A stretch of 64,000 bases of DNA from Malacoraja senta (lineage: Eukaryota). The stretch is from positions 2,232,001 through 2,296,000 of the forward strand of contig CM076001.1 of NCBI GenBank assembly GCA_038087875.1. The letters are read 5' to 3'. The notes below the pieces were generated by a model. That model had not been told where the DNA came from and ran no database searches. It saw only the letters and a list, made by a program, of their open reading frames with translations. Shown piece after piece: positions 39,721-50,666 of this stretch. Position 1 is the stretch's first letter. The number at the start of each line of letters is the position of its first letter. Made by a program: the position numbers and the translations under genes.

Positions 39721-39845
39721 AGTCCCTTGGGTGCTGGCAACATCATCGCAAGTTTTCTCTGCACCCTTTCCTGCCTGACAACATTTTTCATATGACACGT
39801 ACCCAAAACGGAATGCAATACTCTAAACGTGGCCTCGCATACTAA

Positions 39846-40341
39846 AGGGTCTGTCCCACGGGCATGCGACTCCATGCGGCAAGCGCGACCTAACCGCAAG
39901 CGGGGGCCGCGCGGGGGCCCCGCGGTGGTCGCCGGGCCGGTCCCACTTCGATCGCCGGAGCGGTATAGAGTTGTGCGGAGCTGGTCCCGACATCGCGCGG
40001 CGCTCCGAAAAACTGACACTGTTCAAAGATTCCGTGCGGCAACGGCCTGCCGCCCCGCAGCCGCATCGAGGCCGTGCGCGCCGCATCGACGGCCGTTCGC
40101 ACCGCCTCGACGCCGGACGCAGCCGCGTCGAGGCCGTGCGTACCGCCTCGACGCCGTAAGCACCGTGTTGACGTCGCTCGCCCTCCGCACGGCCCCCGCT
40201 TCCGATTTGGTAGCGCTTGCCGCATGCAGCCGCATGCTGGTGGGCCGGCCCTGTACGGGGATCACTCGACCTCCGCGCGGCCCCCGCTTGCGGTTAGGTC
40301 GCGCTTGGCGCATGGAGTCGCATGCCCGTGGGACAGGCCCT
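39846..40341. mobile_element. GC-rich MITE with ~70-bp TIRs (Harbinger-like termini)
   Basis: AGGGTCTGTCCCACGGGCATGCGACTCCATGCGGCAAGCGCGACCTAACCGCAAGCGGGGGCCGCGCGG and its reverse complement (2 mismatches). Internal CCGCCTCGACG/CCGCATCGA repeats; flanks TAA (left) and TTA (right). Confidence 0.88.
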
Positions 40342-40641
40342 TTACAACCAACATAATCTTGTGTGTAGACCGGAGTGTGGAAGGGCTTGTCTGAAAGGCT
40401 CCATATGAATTGCCTGTGTGACGTAATCCTCCTCAACAATGGGGAGGTTTTGTGAAGTCAACTGTCCCCTGGCCAGGGGCAAAGAGGGGTCTCTGCTCTC
40501 CCTGCCTGGGTCTCAGCACGACCCTCTTACAGCGAGGGCCGGGAGGCAGGAACAAACTTTTGCAGGACAGAGTCCACAAATGGTGTTTCTGTGCAAACTG
40601 GTCAACTGGGTACACGGGTAGACAAGGTGATGTGGAAAGCA

Positions 40642-40985
40642 CACAGAGTGCTGGAGTGACTCAGCGGGTCAGGCAGCATCTCTGGAGAACGTGGATAAGT
40701 GACGTTTCACAGAGTGCTGGAGTAACTCAGCGGGTCAGGCAGCATCTCTGGAGAACGTGGATAAGTGACGTTTCACAGAGTGCTAGAGTAACTCAGCGGG
40801 TCAACAGCATCTCTGGAGAACATGGATAGGGGCCGTTTCACAGAGTGCTGGAGTAACTCAGCGGGTCAGGCAGCATCTCTGGAGAACATGGCTAGGGGAC
40901 GTTTCGGGTCATGACCCTTCTACAGTCAGGCAGCATCTCTGGAGAACGTGGATCGGTGATGTTTTAGGTCCAGATCCTTCCGCAT
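40642..40985 (+). repeat. Tandem ~66-bp repeats of a common elasmobranch short interspersed repeat
   Basis: CACAGAGTGCTGGAGTAACTCAGCGGGTCAGGCAGCATCTCTGGAGAAC...GTTT units starting at 40642, 40708, 40774 and 40839 plus a partial copy; inverted copy at ~41055-41150. Confidence 0.88.
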
Positions 40986-41548
40986 GGTCTGAAGAAGGGT
41001 CTCGAGGGTCTGAGGTAGGGTCCCGACCCGTAACTTAGGTGAAATTTTAAGTCCAGAAACGTCACCTATCCATGTTGCCTAGAGATGCTGCCTGACCCGC
41101 TGAGTTACTCCAGCAGTTTGTGTCCTTTTTATGTAAACCAGCATCTGCAATTTATTGTTTCTACAAGGTGCTGAGGAAGGTGTATAAAGCAAGCTTGCTT
41201 TCGAAGGCAAAGACATTTAGTGTTTGAGTTGGGACATCACGTTACAACTGTTCAAATCGCCCTTGGAATATGGGGTGCAATTCTGGTCGACTCACTACAG
41301 GGTGAAGCTACAGAAGGTACAAGATGGAACTGCAGATACTGGTTTAAACCGAAGATAGACACAAACAGCTGGAGTAACCCAGTGGGACAGGCAGCATCAC
41401 TGGAGAGAAGGAATGGGTGACGTTGCGGGTCGAGACCCTTCTTCAGAAGCTAGAGAAGGTGCGGAAAAGTCACAAGGATGTTACCTCGACTGGAGTTATG
41501 GGGGGGGGGGGTGGTGGGAGATTGCAACCTTCACGTGGGCCACCCTGT

Positions 41549-42591
41549 TTAGGTATGTTACAAAACCTACCTTCAGCGGCGCTGCAGTTCTGTCACTGGC
41601 CGTGTGCGCGACTTTGGCGCCTTTGAGGGGGGGGGCGAGGTTAAAATGCGGTTTTCTACCGCCTGCCGGAGTTTTATTTTCTTGGGGTGCTAGCTTATGC
41701 TGAAGATTTGTTGCGACTGCCGGTCTGTGAATTATTATTTTAAATCGCCCGATAATTTCAGCGCTGGAGTAAAATAAAAAATAGCTTCTAATGCCGTGAA
41801 CGCCGACAACGGGGACGGATTTCAGGTACGGGACAACTAAAGGAAAGCCGTTTATTTTACATATAAACGTGCTTCTTAGGATTACTTTAATCCAAATTTT
41901 ACGTTGCGAAAAGGTGACTTAGGCCCCATACGAACCGGCAGTGTTTTTCCTGCCGATATGGGGTTTAAATTCACCGCAAATGCAACGTTCCAATTGATCG
42001 CGTTCCACAAAAACCCACTCACAAGTTGATTAAAATGGCCATTAATTTACGGGAATTAAACACTAAATTCCTTCCATTTGGCCTGTAAATTCATGACAAT
42101 GAAATTTAAAAATCATGTTCTATTGTGAATTCTTGTGTGAATGTTATTTGGACACTTAGGCTATTTAAAAATGTTAATCTTTTATTAAGAAATGGATAGA
42201 TGTTTAGATCTAGTAATTGAGTTTAGTAATTACCTACAATTGGGTAACTAACTAATTATATGCTTTAATTTCCGGTCATTCAAGTAAGATTGTTTCATAT
42301 TTGTTTCAAAATGCTTGAATCTATAATAACTGAAAATGTCTTTAAGTTCTCTTAATTTTTAAGAAAGTTATGGGCTTTTGACTGTCCTCGATCACAGCTT
42401 TTGTGTTAAGTCAATGGAAAAGCAATAGGGAACAAGATGTTAATTTCCGAGTATGAAAATGGCCAATTTTTTAATACTGAAGATATGAAAGTGAATTAGG
42501 TGTCAAATTAAACTTCTTTTTATGCTTTATCTGATGGGATGAATTGCAGACTTGATTTTTAAAATCTCAAAATTTTGTAACATTGCTACCC
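41549..42591. mobile_element. Putative non-autonomous DNA transposon (unclassified)
   Basis: GC-to-AT composition block with imperfect inverted ends sharing ATGTTACAAAA (left TAGGTATGTTACAAAA, right TTTTGTAACATTGCTACCC); no ORF. Confidence 0.35.
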
Positions 42592-42904
42592 TTTTTTAAC
42601 GAATGCAATCAACCTGGCGTGCACAAACAACAGATCAAACAGAAAAAGTTGTCTTACAACTTTAGGCTGTGCACGCCATACGCAAGAAGAAGTAGAATAA
42701 ATAGTGTTATGAGGAGAGGCTTGATAGGCTGGGTTTGGTTCCCTGTGGAGGCTGAGCGGTGACATGAGAGAGGTTTACAAACTTAGATTTATTAGATAGC
42801 CAGACTGCTATTTGTATGGGACGAATGTCTAAGACTGTAGGGCATGGGTTTAAGGTGAAGGGGAGGGGCGTAAAGGAGATCTGAGAGTTAGATTCTGCGC
42901 ACAC

Positions 42905-43375
42905 AGATATTTCCGAAGATCTTTCCTGGACCCAGCACACTGATGCAATTATAAAGATGCAATTATCGCACATCAGCGACTCTAGTTCCTGAGAAGATTA
43001 CGGAGATTCGGCATGTCGAAGAGGATTCTCCTAAACTTCTACAGGTGCATGGTAGAGAGCATTTTGACTGGTTGCATCGTGGCCTGGTTCGGCAACTTGA
43101 ACGCCCAGCAGCGAAAAAGACTACAAAAAGTTGTGACCACTGCCCAGTCCATCACCGGCTTTGACCTCCCCACCGTCGAAGGGATCTATTGTAGTCGCTG
43201 CCTCAAAAAGGCAGCCAAAATCATCAAGGACCCACACCATCCTGGCCCACACACTCATCTCACCATTGCCATCGGGGAGAAGGTACAGGAGCCTGAAAAC
43301 TGCAACGTGCAGGTTCAGGAACTGCTTCTTCCCCACAGCCGTCAGGCTATTAAACACAACAACCAATAGGCTCTG
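42905..43375 (+). mobile_element. Rex1/Babar-type LINE 3' fragment
   Basis: ILLNFYRCMVESILTGCIVAWFGN...LPSGRRYRSLKTATCRFRNCFFP, homologous to 13600-13990. Confidence 0.85.
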
Positions 43376-44009
43376 AGTAATCCGCTTCTGAATAAGCTTC
43401 TGAATAATAAGAATAAGCTTTGAGCTCTGAACTGCAAAATACGATATTGTTATTTGTTATTTGCACTATATTTGTTATTTATTGATTTTTTTTAATTTTT
43501 TTTTCTCTTCCCCCGTTATATTCACATATATGTTGTGCTGCAGCAAGGAAGAATTACATTGTCCCATCCGGGACATGTGACAATAAAACTCTCTTGACTT
43601 GACGCTAGAATGAGCTGCCAGAGGAGGCGGTGGAGGCAGGAACTGGACTTTGAAGATGGTGCCAAAACCTGGCGATGCTTGCATGCGGTCCCCAGTGTAC
43701 TACCTGTCTACATATTGTACTAATTGGGGATTGTGCTTAGATAGACACATAGAAAATATGTGCAGGAGGAGGCCATTTGGCCCTTCGAGCCAGCACTGCC
43801 ATTCATTGTGATCATGGCTGATCGTTCCCGAACGTAAGTGAAGCTGATCACTGCTAGCCGAGCCATTGTGACGTCATCAGTTGAAGCTTGTCGTTTTGAA
43901 TTCAAAGTCTTTTTAAACTTTAATCGGTAATGTCGAGAAATAAAGCATAACATGTTCAGCGAAGGTGCTCTCTGCCTGGAGGGGATCAATGTGGATCAGA
44001 ATATGACAA

Positions 44010-47000
44010 ACACAACAAGATAACAATACTGAAATTTAAACTAAACGGAATCTTATCTGCAAGAGTTATAAGACTATTTCAAATCACAAAACAGGAAAAC
44101 GTTGAATTCGGTGATATACCACATTGTAGCGGCACCAAACGTGGTGAATAAAGAGGAGACCTGTCAGGCCGGTTCAAACAGTTGTTTATTCAAGGGTCGA
44201 CACGTTAGGTTGGTGCGCTAACTATTATTAATGTTGTTGCTGAAGCTGAGCGAGGTTGTTCCCTCGGGCTCAGCTACCGGTTGAACACCTGGTGGTCTCG
44301 AGGTGAGATGACCTTAAGTACCAGGACACTCCCTCCAGCCCATGACGTCACGTGCCCGCCCTCGTACTTCCTGACGAGGGTTCGAGCATAAGTGGCCCGT
44401 GTATAGGCTGCCGCCACAGGACCCCCCCCCCCAGAACCAGAGGAAGGAATAGCATGGTCGAGGGCGGCTACTGCATGTGGGTCTGGGACACCCCGGGCGT
44501 GGGTCGGGACGGAGGGCCCACGGGCGCAGTAACGCTCTGCGTGGGCGATCCCGAGGTACCGAGGGGTGCGAGGGGACCGATGCAGAAACCGCCGGACGGA
44601 AGGAATAGCATGGTCGAGGGCGGCTACTGCATGTGGGTCTGGGACACCCCGGGCGTGGGTCGGGACGGAGGGCCCACGGGCGCAGTAACGCTCTGCGTGG
44701 GCGATCCCGAGGTACCGAGGGGTGCGAGGGGACCGATGCAGTAACCGCCAGACAGAAGAGACACAGTCGCATCTCCTCGACCAGCTAAGGGAGAGTGTCC
44801 TGTAAAATGCGGCCCCCAGGAATGGCTGGGAGAGTCGTCATCTTTGAGGGAAAAAAAAAAAAACCCGAAATAAAATAAACAAACTAATTGCTGAACTCAG
44901 CGTGGTGCGTGGTGATGCAGTGAACACAAAATGAACAGAAAAAAAAAACACAAATTACAGTGCAATCAGTGCAAGTTCAAATTGTCCAATGTTCATAGTG
45001 CAGGATTTGAAAGCTGTGCATCGTTGCAGTGACAGCCTCCGACCTGACAGTGGCGCTGTTGCCGGTAGTCAGGATGCAGGGACGACATCCAGCTGGAAGC
45101 TGTGGACGGCGGTGAGGCTGCAGTGACGGCATCCGGCCGGAAGGTGGCGCTGTCGATGGCGGTCAGGTGAGTTCGGTCTTTTCTCAGCGGCCATATTTGT
45201 AGTTTTGACGGCCGCTTGTTCAGGAGGCCGCGGTGGCCATTTTGCCGGCCGGCTGAGGCGGCCTTCACCAGCAATTGAATCCCTGGGCCGGACAGGCAGC
45301 CAGCCAGCACCCAGGGATCTTCGGAGTCCACGCCGGTGAGGAGAAAAAAGGCGACTTCGGCAGGCGCCCCAGGTAAGACCGCCCTATCGGGTGGCCAGGC
45401 CCTCGGCAGCGGCCGGCGGGGCCAGGTGCGGTGCAGGACGTGGAGCCGTGGCTGCGGTGAGGCCCTTTGCAGTGCCGGGTCCGCGATGAGGTGAGGCCGG
45501 GGCACGGCCTGGAGCGGAGAGGCCCGGTGCAGTGCAGGGCCTGGAGCCATGTTCGCGGTGTGAGGCCGGGCCCTGGTCCGTTGTCGGGAGTGGGAGAGCG
45601 GCAGGTACTCTCTCCGCTCCAGGAGCCGTCGGGCGTGCGTCGGGTTTGCTGTGGGCAGGAGGCTGCTACGCTCGCAGCTCCTGCAGCAGCTGGTGGGGCA
45701 ACGGGGGCAGGTAAAACCTCTCCACTGCGGTAGTCGGCTCCGGGCAGGTCATGCGGGGGAGCTCGGTGGCCCGTCACACAAGGCGGCCTGCCCCGTTGCC
45801 GGGAGCGGGAGAGCGGCGGCAGCCGTGGCTTCTTAGCTCCGGTGAGCAGCAGCTGGTGGGGAAGCGGCGGCATCCCAGATGTAGCGGCATACATTACCGC
45901 AGGGCCGGGTTGGCGGCAGCGTAGTTCTGCAGGGCTGGGCAGTCGGCTGCAGACATCAGGTCTCCCGAGGCTGCGAGCTTCAGGAGAAATCCAAATTTCA
46001 ATTTGGACAGTAGGGGGTCACCAATGTCGCGGCACCAAACGTGGTGAATAAAGAGGAGACCTGTCAGGCCGGTTCAAACAGTTGTTTATTCAAGGGTCGA
46101 CACGTTAGGTTGGTGCGCTAACTATTATTAATGTTGTTGCTGAAGCTGAGCGAGGTTGTTCCCTCGGGCTCAGCTACCGGTTGAACACCTGGTGGTCTCG
46201 AGGTGAGATGACCTTAAGTACCAGGACACTCCCTCTAGCCCATGACGTCACGTGCCCGCCCTCGTACTTCCTGACGAGGGTTCGAGCATAAGTGGCCCGT
46301 GTATAGGCTGCCGCCACAACATAACGTTTGGCACGTCAACTGAAAAAACGGGAAAAGGATCATATGACTCCAAAAATTTAATCAAATAAAGGTGAATTGT
46401 TAACGTTACCTAAAGATATTAATAAAAGATTTGCTCAATTTTATCAAAATTTATATACATCTAAAACAACAATAGATAGCACTAAAGTCATAAATGATTT
46501 GGAGAACTGCAACCTCCCAAAACTTAATCTGCTGGAACAAGAGGAACTATGAGCTCAGGTCTCAATTAAAGAAAGAGAAGAGACAATAAATTCACTGAGG
46601 AACGGTAAAACGCCAGGACCTGATGGATTCAGTAATGAATTTTATAAAAGATTTTACGAGATAATCTCACCACGCTTACAAAAACTGTACACACACGCAT
46701 TTAAAGAACAGACATTACCAGAAACATTAGCGGAATCAACTATTACACTTATACCTAAAAAAGATAACGATGTAGAAGACACTGGTTCATACAGAGCTAT
46801 CGCACTGTTAAATACAGATCAGAAAATACTAGCGAAAATTCTAGCAACAAGATTAAGCAAATATGTTAGTAAATTAATAAATGCGGATCAAACGGGGTTT
46901 ATACCCAAGAGACACTCATTCAATAATTTGTGGCGTCTTTTTAATATAATGCATTCACATAAAATTGAAGAGGAAGATTTATCAATTATTTCACTGGATG

Positions 47001-49205
47001 CAGAAAAAGCATTCGACCAAGTAAAATGGGAATACCTCTTCAAAGTATTGCAAAAATGTCAAATGGGAGAGAATTTCATCTCATGGGTAAAATTATTATA
47101 TGACAAGCCCACTGCTAGAATATTGACCAATAACATACTGTCTCCGAAATTTCAACTATCCTGGGGCAATAGACAGGGATGTGCATTATCACCCCTGCTA
47201 TTTGCACTTGTGATAGAGCCCCTAGCAGAAAGTATAAGAACGCATCCGAACATCCATAGTTATAATACTAAACACTCGAATAATAAAATTTCACTATATG
47301 CAGATGATGTACTATTATACATTACAAAATCACAAATTAGCATACCAAATATATTAAATTTAATAGAGGAATTCGCTTCCTTCTCAGGATATAGAATAAA
47401 TTGGAACAAAAGCGAAATTATGACGATAAAACCTCAAGAGCCGACACACCTTTTAAAATTTCCCTTTAGAATTGCTACAGAAAAATTTAAATATCTGGGT
47501 ATCCAAATTACCAGAAAATATCAGTCTTTATTTCGTGCAAACTATATGCCCTTATTTACCAAATTAAACACTTTGATTAAATTTTGGAAAACACTTCCGA
47601 TGTCTTTAATAGGCAGAATAAATGTCATTAAAATGATTTTTCTCCCACAAATTCTGTATTTATTTCAATCAATACCAATATACTTACCTAAATTTTTTTT
47701 AAACTCGATTCTTACATGACAAATTTTATTTGGGATTATAAATCCCATAGAATCCAAAGAATACACTTGTGTAAACCCAAAGAATTCGGTGGACTGACAC
47801 TGCCCAATTTTTTGTACTGTTACTGGGTAGTGAATATCAAAAATATAATTTACTGGTTGGACAATTCTGCCCAACAGGTAGTCTGGATAGTAATGGAGAG
47901 AGAGGATTGTTCTACTTTTAACATAGGAGCGATCCTACTCTCCCCGATAAAACTGAATAATACAATATACAAGAAGAATCCAATTATTCATAGCACAATG
48001 CGAATTTGAAAACAAATAAAACTAACCCTCAAATTAAGAAATCTATCGCTTCTCTCTCCTATAGTTAATAATCCGTCGTTTAAACCATATATTATTGATA
48101 AAACGTTTACTCATTGGGAAAGAATAGGAATTAAAACGTTCGGAGACATGTATGAAATGGGAAATCTCTTAGCATTCCAACAATTGCAACTTAAATACAA
48201 CCTGAAAAGTAATCAGTATTTTAAATACCTTCAATTTCGAGATTACTTGAAAAAACATACTCAACAATACCAAACTCTGACCTCAGATCTATTAGATGAA
48301 GGCATGAATAGAAAGGCGGAATAAAATAATTTAATATCATACTTGTATAATATCATTCTAAATATAGAAATACCATCGTCAGATGCAATTAGAAGAAATT
48401 GGGAACAAGAACTATCTATAAAAATTTCGAAAGACTGATGGGATAAATATTTGCTATATGTACACAAATGTTCGATTAATGTAAGACATATCTTAATTCA
48501 ATTTAAAATTTTACATAGACTATATTACTCGAGAACTAAACTGAATAAAATTTGTCCAAATGTTTCTCCCATCTGTGATAAATGCTTATCTCAAGATGCA
48601 ATTATCGCACACTCATTTGTCTCCTGCACAAAATTAGCTAAATTTTGGAAAGACATTTTTGAAATCTTCTAAAAATTATTTAAAGTAAAATTGGGATAAT
48701 GGAAGCCGGCTCTGAGCTGTCTTCGTACCAAAATTGTCTCCTTAACTATGGTTTGATAACGGCAAAAAAACTTATACACAAATTCTGGAAAAATGCACCC
48801 ACCCCAACGCTCAAAATGTGGATTTCAAGCATGTCTGAAACGTTACATCTCGAAGATATGAAATTCGTCCGAGCAGGTAAGGCAGACCAAATTTGAAATG
48901 GCCTCCTCCTGCACATATCTGAAAGATTTGGTCTCCTTTTATCGACTTATTACAAGTATATGGTGCAACATAACCCTGGAAATTAATTGTTTCAGAACTG
49001 GGTGACGGGCGTGGAAAGATATGAAGCAGGTATATGCGTTTTCCTTTTTATTTATTTTCCCTGTTTTTGTTTCTTATTTTTGTTTTTTTCGTTTTGTTTT
49101 TTCTTCCTTATTTTCTCTTTCTTTATATCTTTACGGGTTCTTTCTCTCTATTATTTCACTAACTATCAATATCACTACTTTACTTAACTTTCTCTTTCCC
49201 TCTTG
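44010..49205 (+). mobile_element. 5'-truncated L1 LINE (ORF2 pseudogene) interrupted by an LTR element at 44125-46318
   Basis: KTPGPDGFSNEFYK, YRAIALLNTDQKILAKI, SLDAEKAFD, RQGCALSPLLFAL, SLYADDVLLY, GGLTLPNF, CDKC...HSFVSC; many stops; T-rich 3' UTR. The frame resumes across the insertion (...GDIPH | ...RLARQLKK). Confidence 0.92.
44125..46318 (-). mobile_element. 2.2-kb non-autonomous LTR element (CsRn1-type signals, no pol)
   Basis: 294-bp LTRs 44125-44418 and 46025-46318 (2 mismatches); TSD ACAT; PBS TGGTGACCCC; PPT GGTTCTGGGGGGGGGGGTCC; internal 156-bp tandem duplication (starts 44442 and 44598). Confidence 0.93.
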
Positions 49206-49551
49206 AAGTCCCATGATAGGAAATATATTTCTCTCAAATACCGTGACAATAATGGGCTTGCAGTTCCCCACTGACCATGCTGGAAATTGAATGACATTTA
49301 CTGAAAAGATATATAAACCAAAGAATGGCAGGTGGCAACAGGGAGCAGAGACAAGAATGTAGCCGATTTTAACAGATCTGAATCTGCTGGACATGAATTA
49401 CTTAAAAACTAACTTTACCCAATTAAAATGATTTAAAAAAATTTAAAGAATATGTAAAAATCCTGTGAAAGTTGGCATTTTTAATGCTTTAATCGCGAAT
49501 AACGTGAAATGTAGCATGAAATCTTCGGGGAAGCTGTTCACTGCTGGCGGA

Positions 49552-49960
49552 GCCATTGTGACGTCATCAGTTGCAGCCGGTCGTTTTAAATTCAAAGTAT
49601 TTCGATGTTTTTAAACTTCTTACTTATTTTTAATCAGTAATAAGTCAAGAAATAAAGCAAAAAATGTTCAATGAATGTGTTCTCGGCCTCGAGGGGAAAA
49701 ATGTCAATCAGAATATGTAAAAATGTAATCGTTACCGCGTCGGGAGCGGAGGATTTGGGGAGCGAGTACTCAACCCAAATTTGGCGCTATGCAAATCTCA
49801 CCCGCCATCGGTGGAGAAAATAAATTAATGGATTTCTCACATTTCCTTGCCCTGCAGGAGGAGATAAATCCGACTCTCTGAGCACTCCCTCGAATCACAA
49901 ATTGGCAGAGCTCCAGCGTCGGCGATGCATCAGTGGAGGTGGAACGTTTATGCAAATCGA
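49552..49960. repeat. Unclassified dispersed repeat module containing CRE and octamer motifs
   Basis: 49552-49720 ~ 43862-44005 and 49749-49900 ~ 61991-62140. TGACGTCA at 49559 and 43869; ATGCAAAT at 49789 and 49950. Confidence 0.55.
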
Positions 49961-50666
49961 TTCAGAATCTCTTTACCACACAGGCGAACGTACTCACTTT
50001 ACCGCCCTCTACTGGACACTCGCTTGTTACACTCTGCTTGCATTAAATATATAATTAGTAATGCCAACTTGTATGAATAGCACCCACTACCTTTGGCTGC
50101 ATCCGGTGCAGAGTTAATAATTGTACTGAAAACCGAAAGCCTCTGTAAGAAGCAATGAGGCGTTACATTGAGTGCGAGAAGCAACAATAAAATCGAACTC
50201 TTATTAACGTAAATGTTGCAGCAAGAGTTTTATTAAACACATTTGTGCACTGGGCACTTACATACGTAACCAAGGAACGCATCAAAGAATTGTAGAGTAA
50301 TGGTGCATGCAATGTTTAGGACCATAACTGTATGTCTGTTTTCATTGGCTGCTGGAGACGTTGCCGCTGGATTTAAAGGAAGGTGAAAACAGTTAACGGC
50401 GAGGCTCAATTCCGGAATCATTGGAGGTCTGCTCCAGCACAACATAGCATTCGGTTCCACATGGCCGCCCTCCCCACTGGGCACTTTGAACAACGCGCCC
50501 GTGTCGCGTGTTAAATAGATGGCCAAATGTGATTTCCAGTGCAGGGGACGCGTTCAGATTGTATTTCGCAGCTATTTTTTTGAAAATTGATGCGGAAAAA
50601 TTTCGGAGGAAACTCCTTCATTACCTAGTTTTTGCACTCACTCACGAAGGGATTAGTATTGTAATG

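Larger units (their letters stand above)
22475..39845. repeat. Segmental duplication unit 3 (V-less, with two LTR insertions)
   Basis: 22574-26708 ~ 1-4122; 31323-31992 ~ 4118-4790; 36337-36905 ~ 4803-5369; 36908-39845 ~ 7820-11035. Confidence 0.9.

Noticed and set aside
39522-40439. Arg/Ala-rich ORFs on several frames
   Set aside because: Arise from the GC-rich MITE with few stop codons.
40642-40905. Regular ~66-bp repeats as a CRISPR-like array
   Set aside because: Whole units repeat with no unique spacers, in a vertebrate context; this is a tandem short interspersed repeat.
44314-45894. 130-209-aa Pro/Arg/Gly-rich ORFs in the non-autonomous LTR element
   Set aside because: Open in several frames because of high GC and the 156-bp duplication; no recognisable domain.
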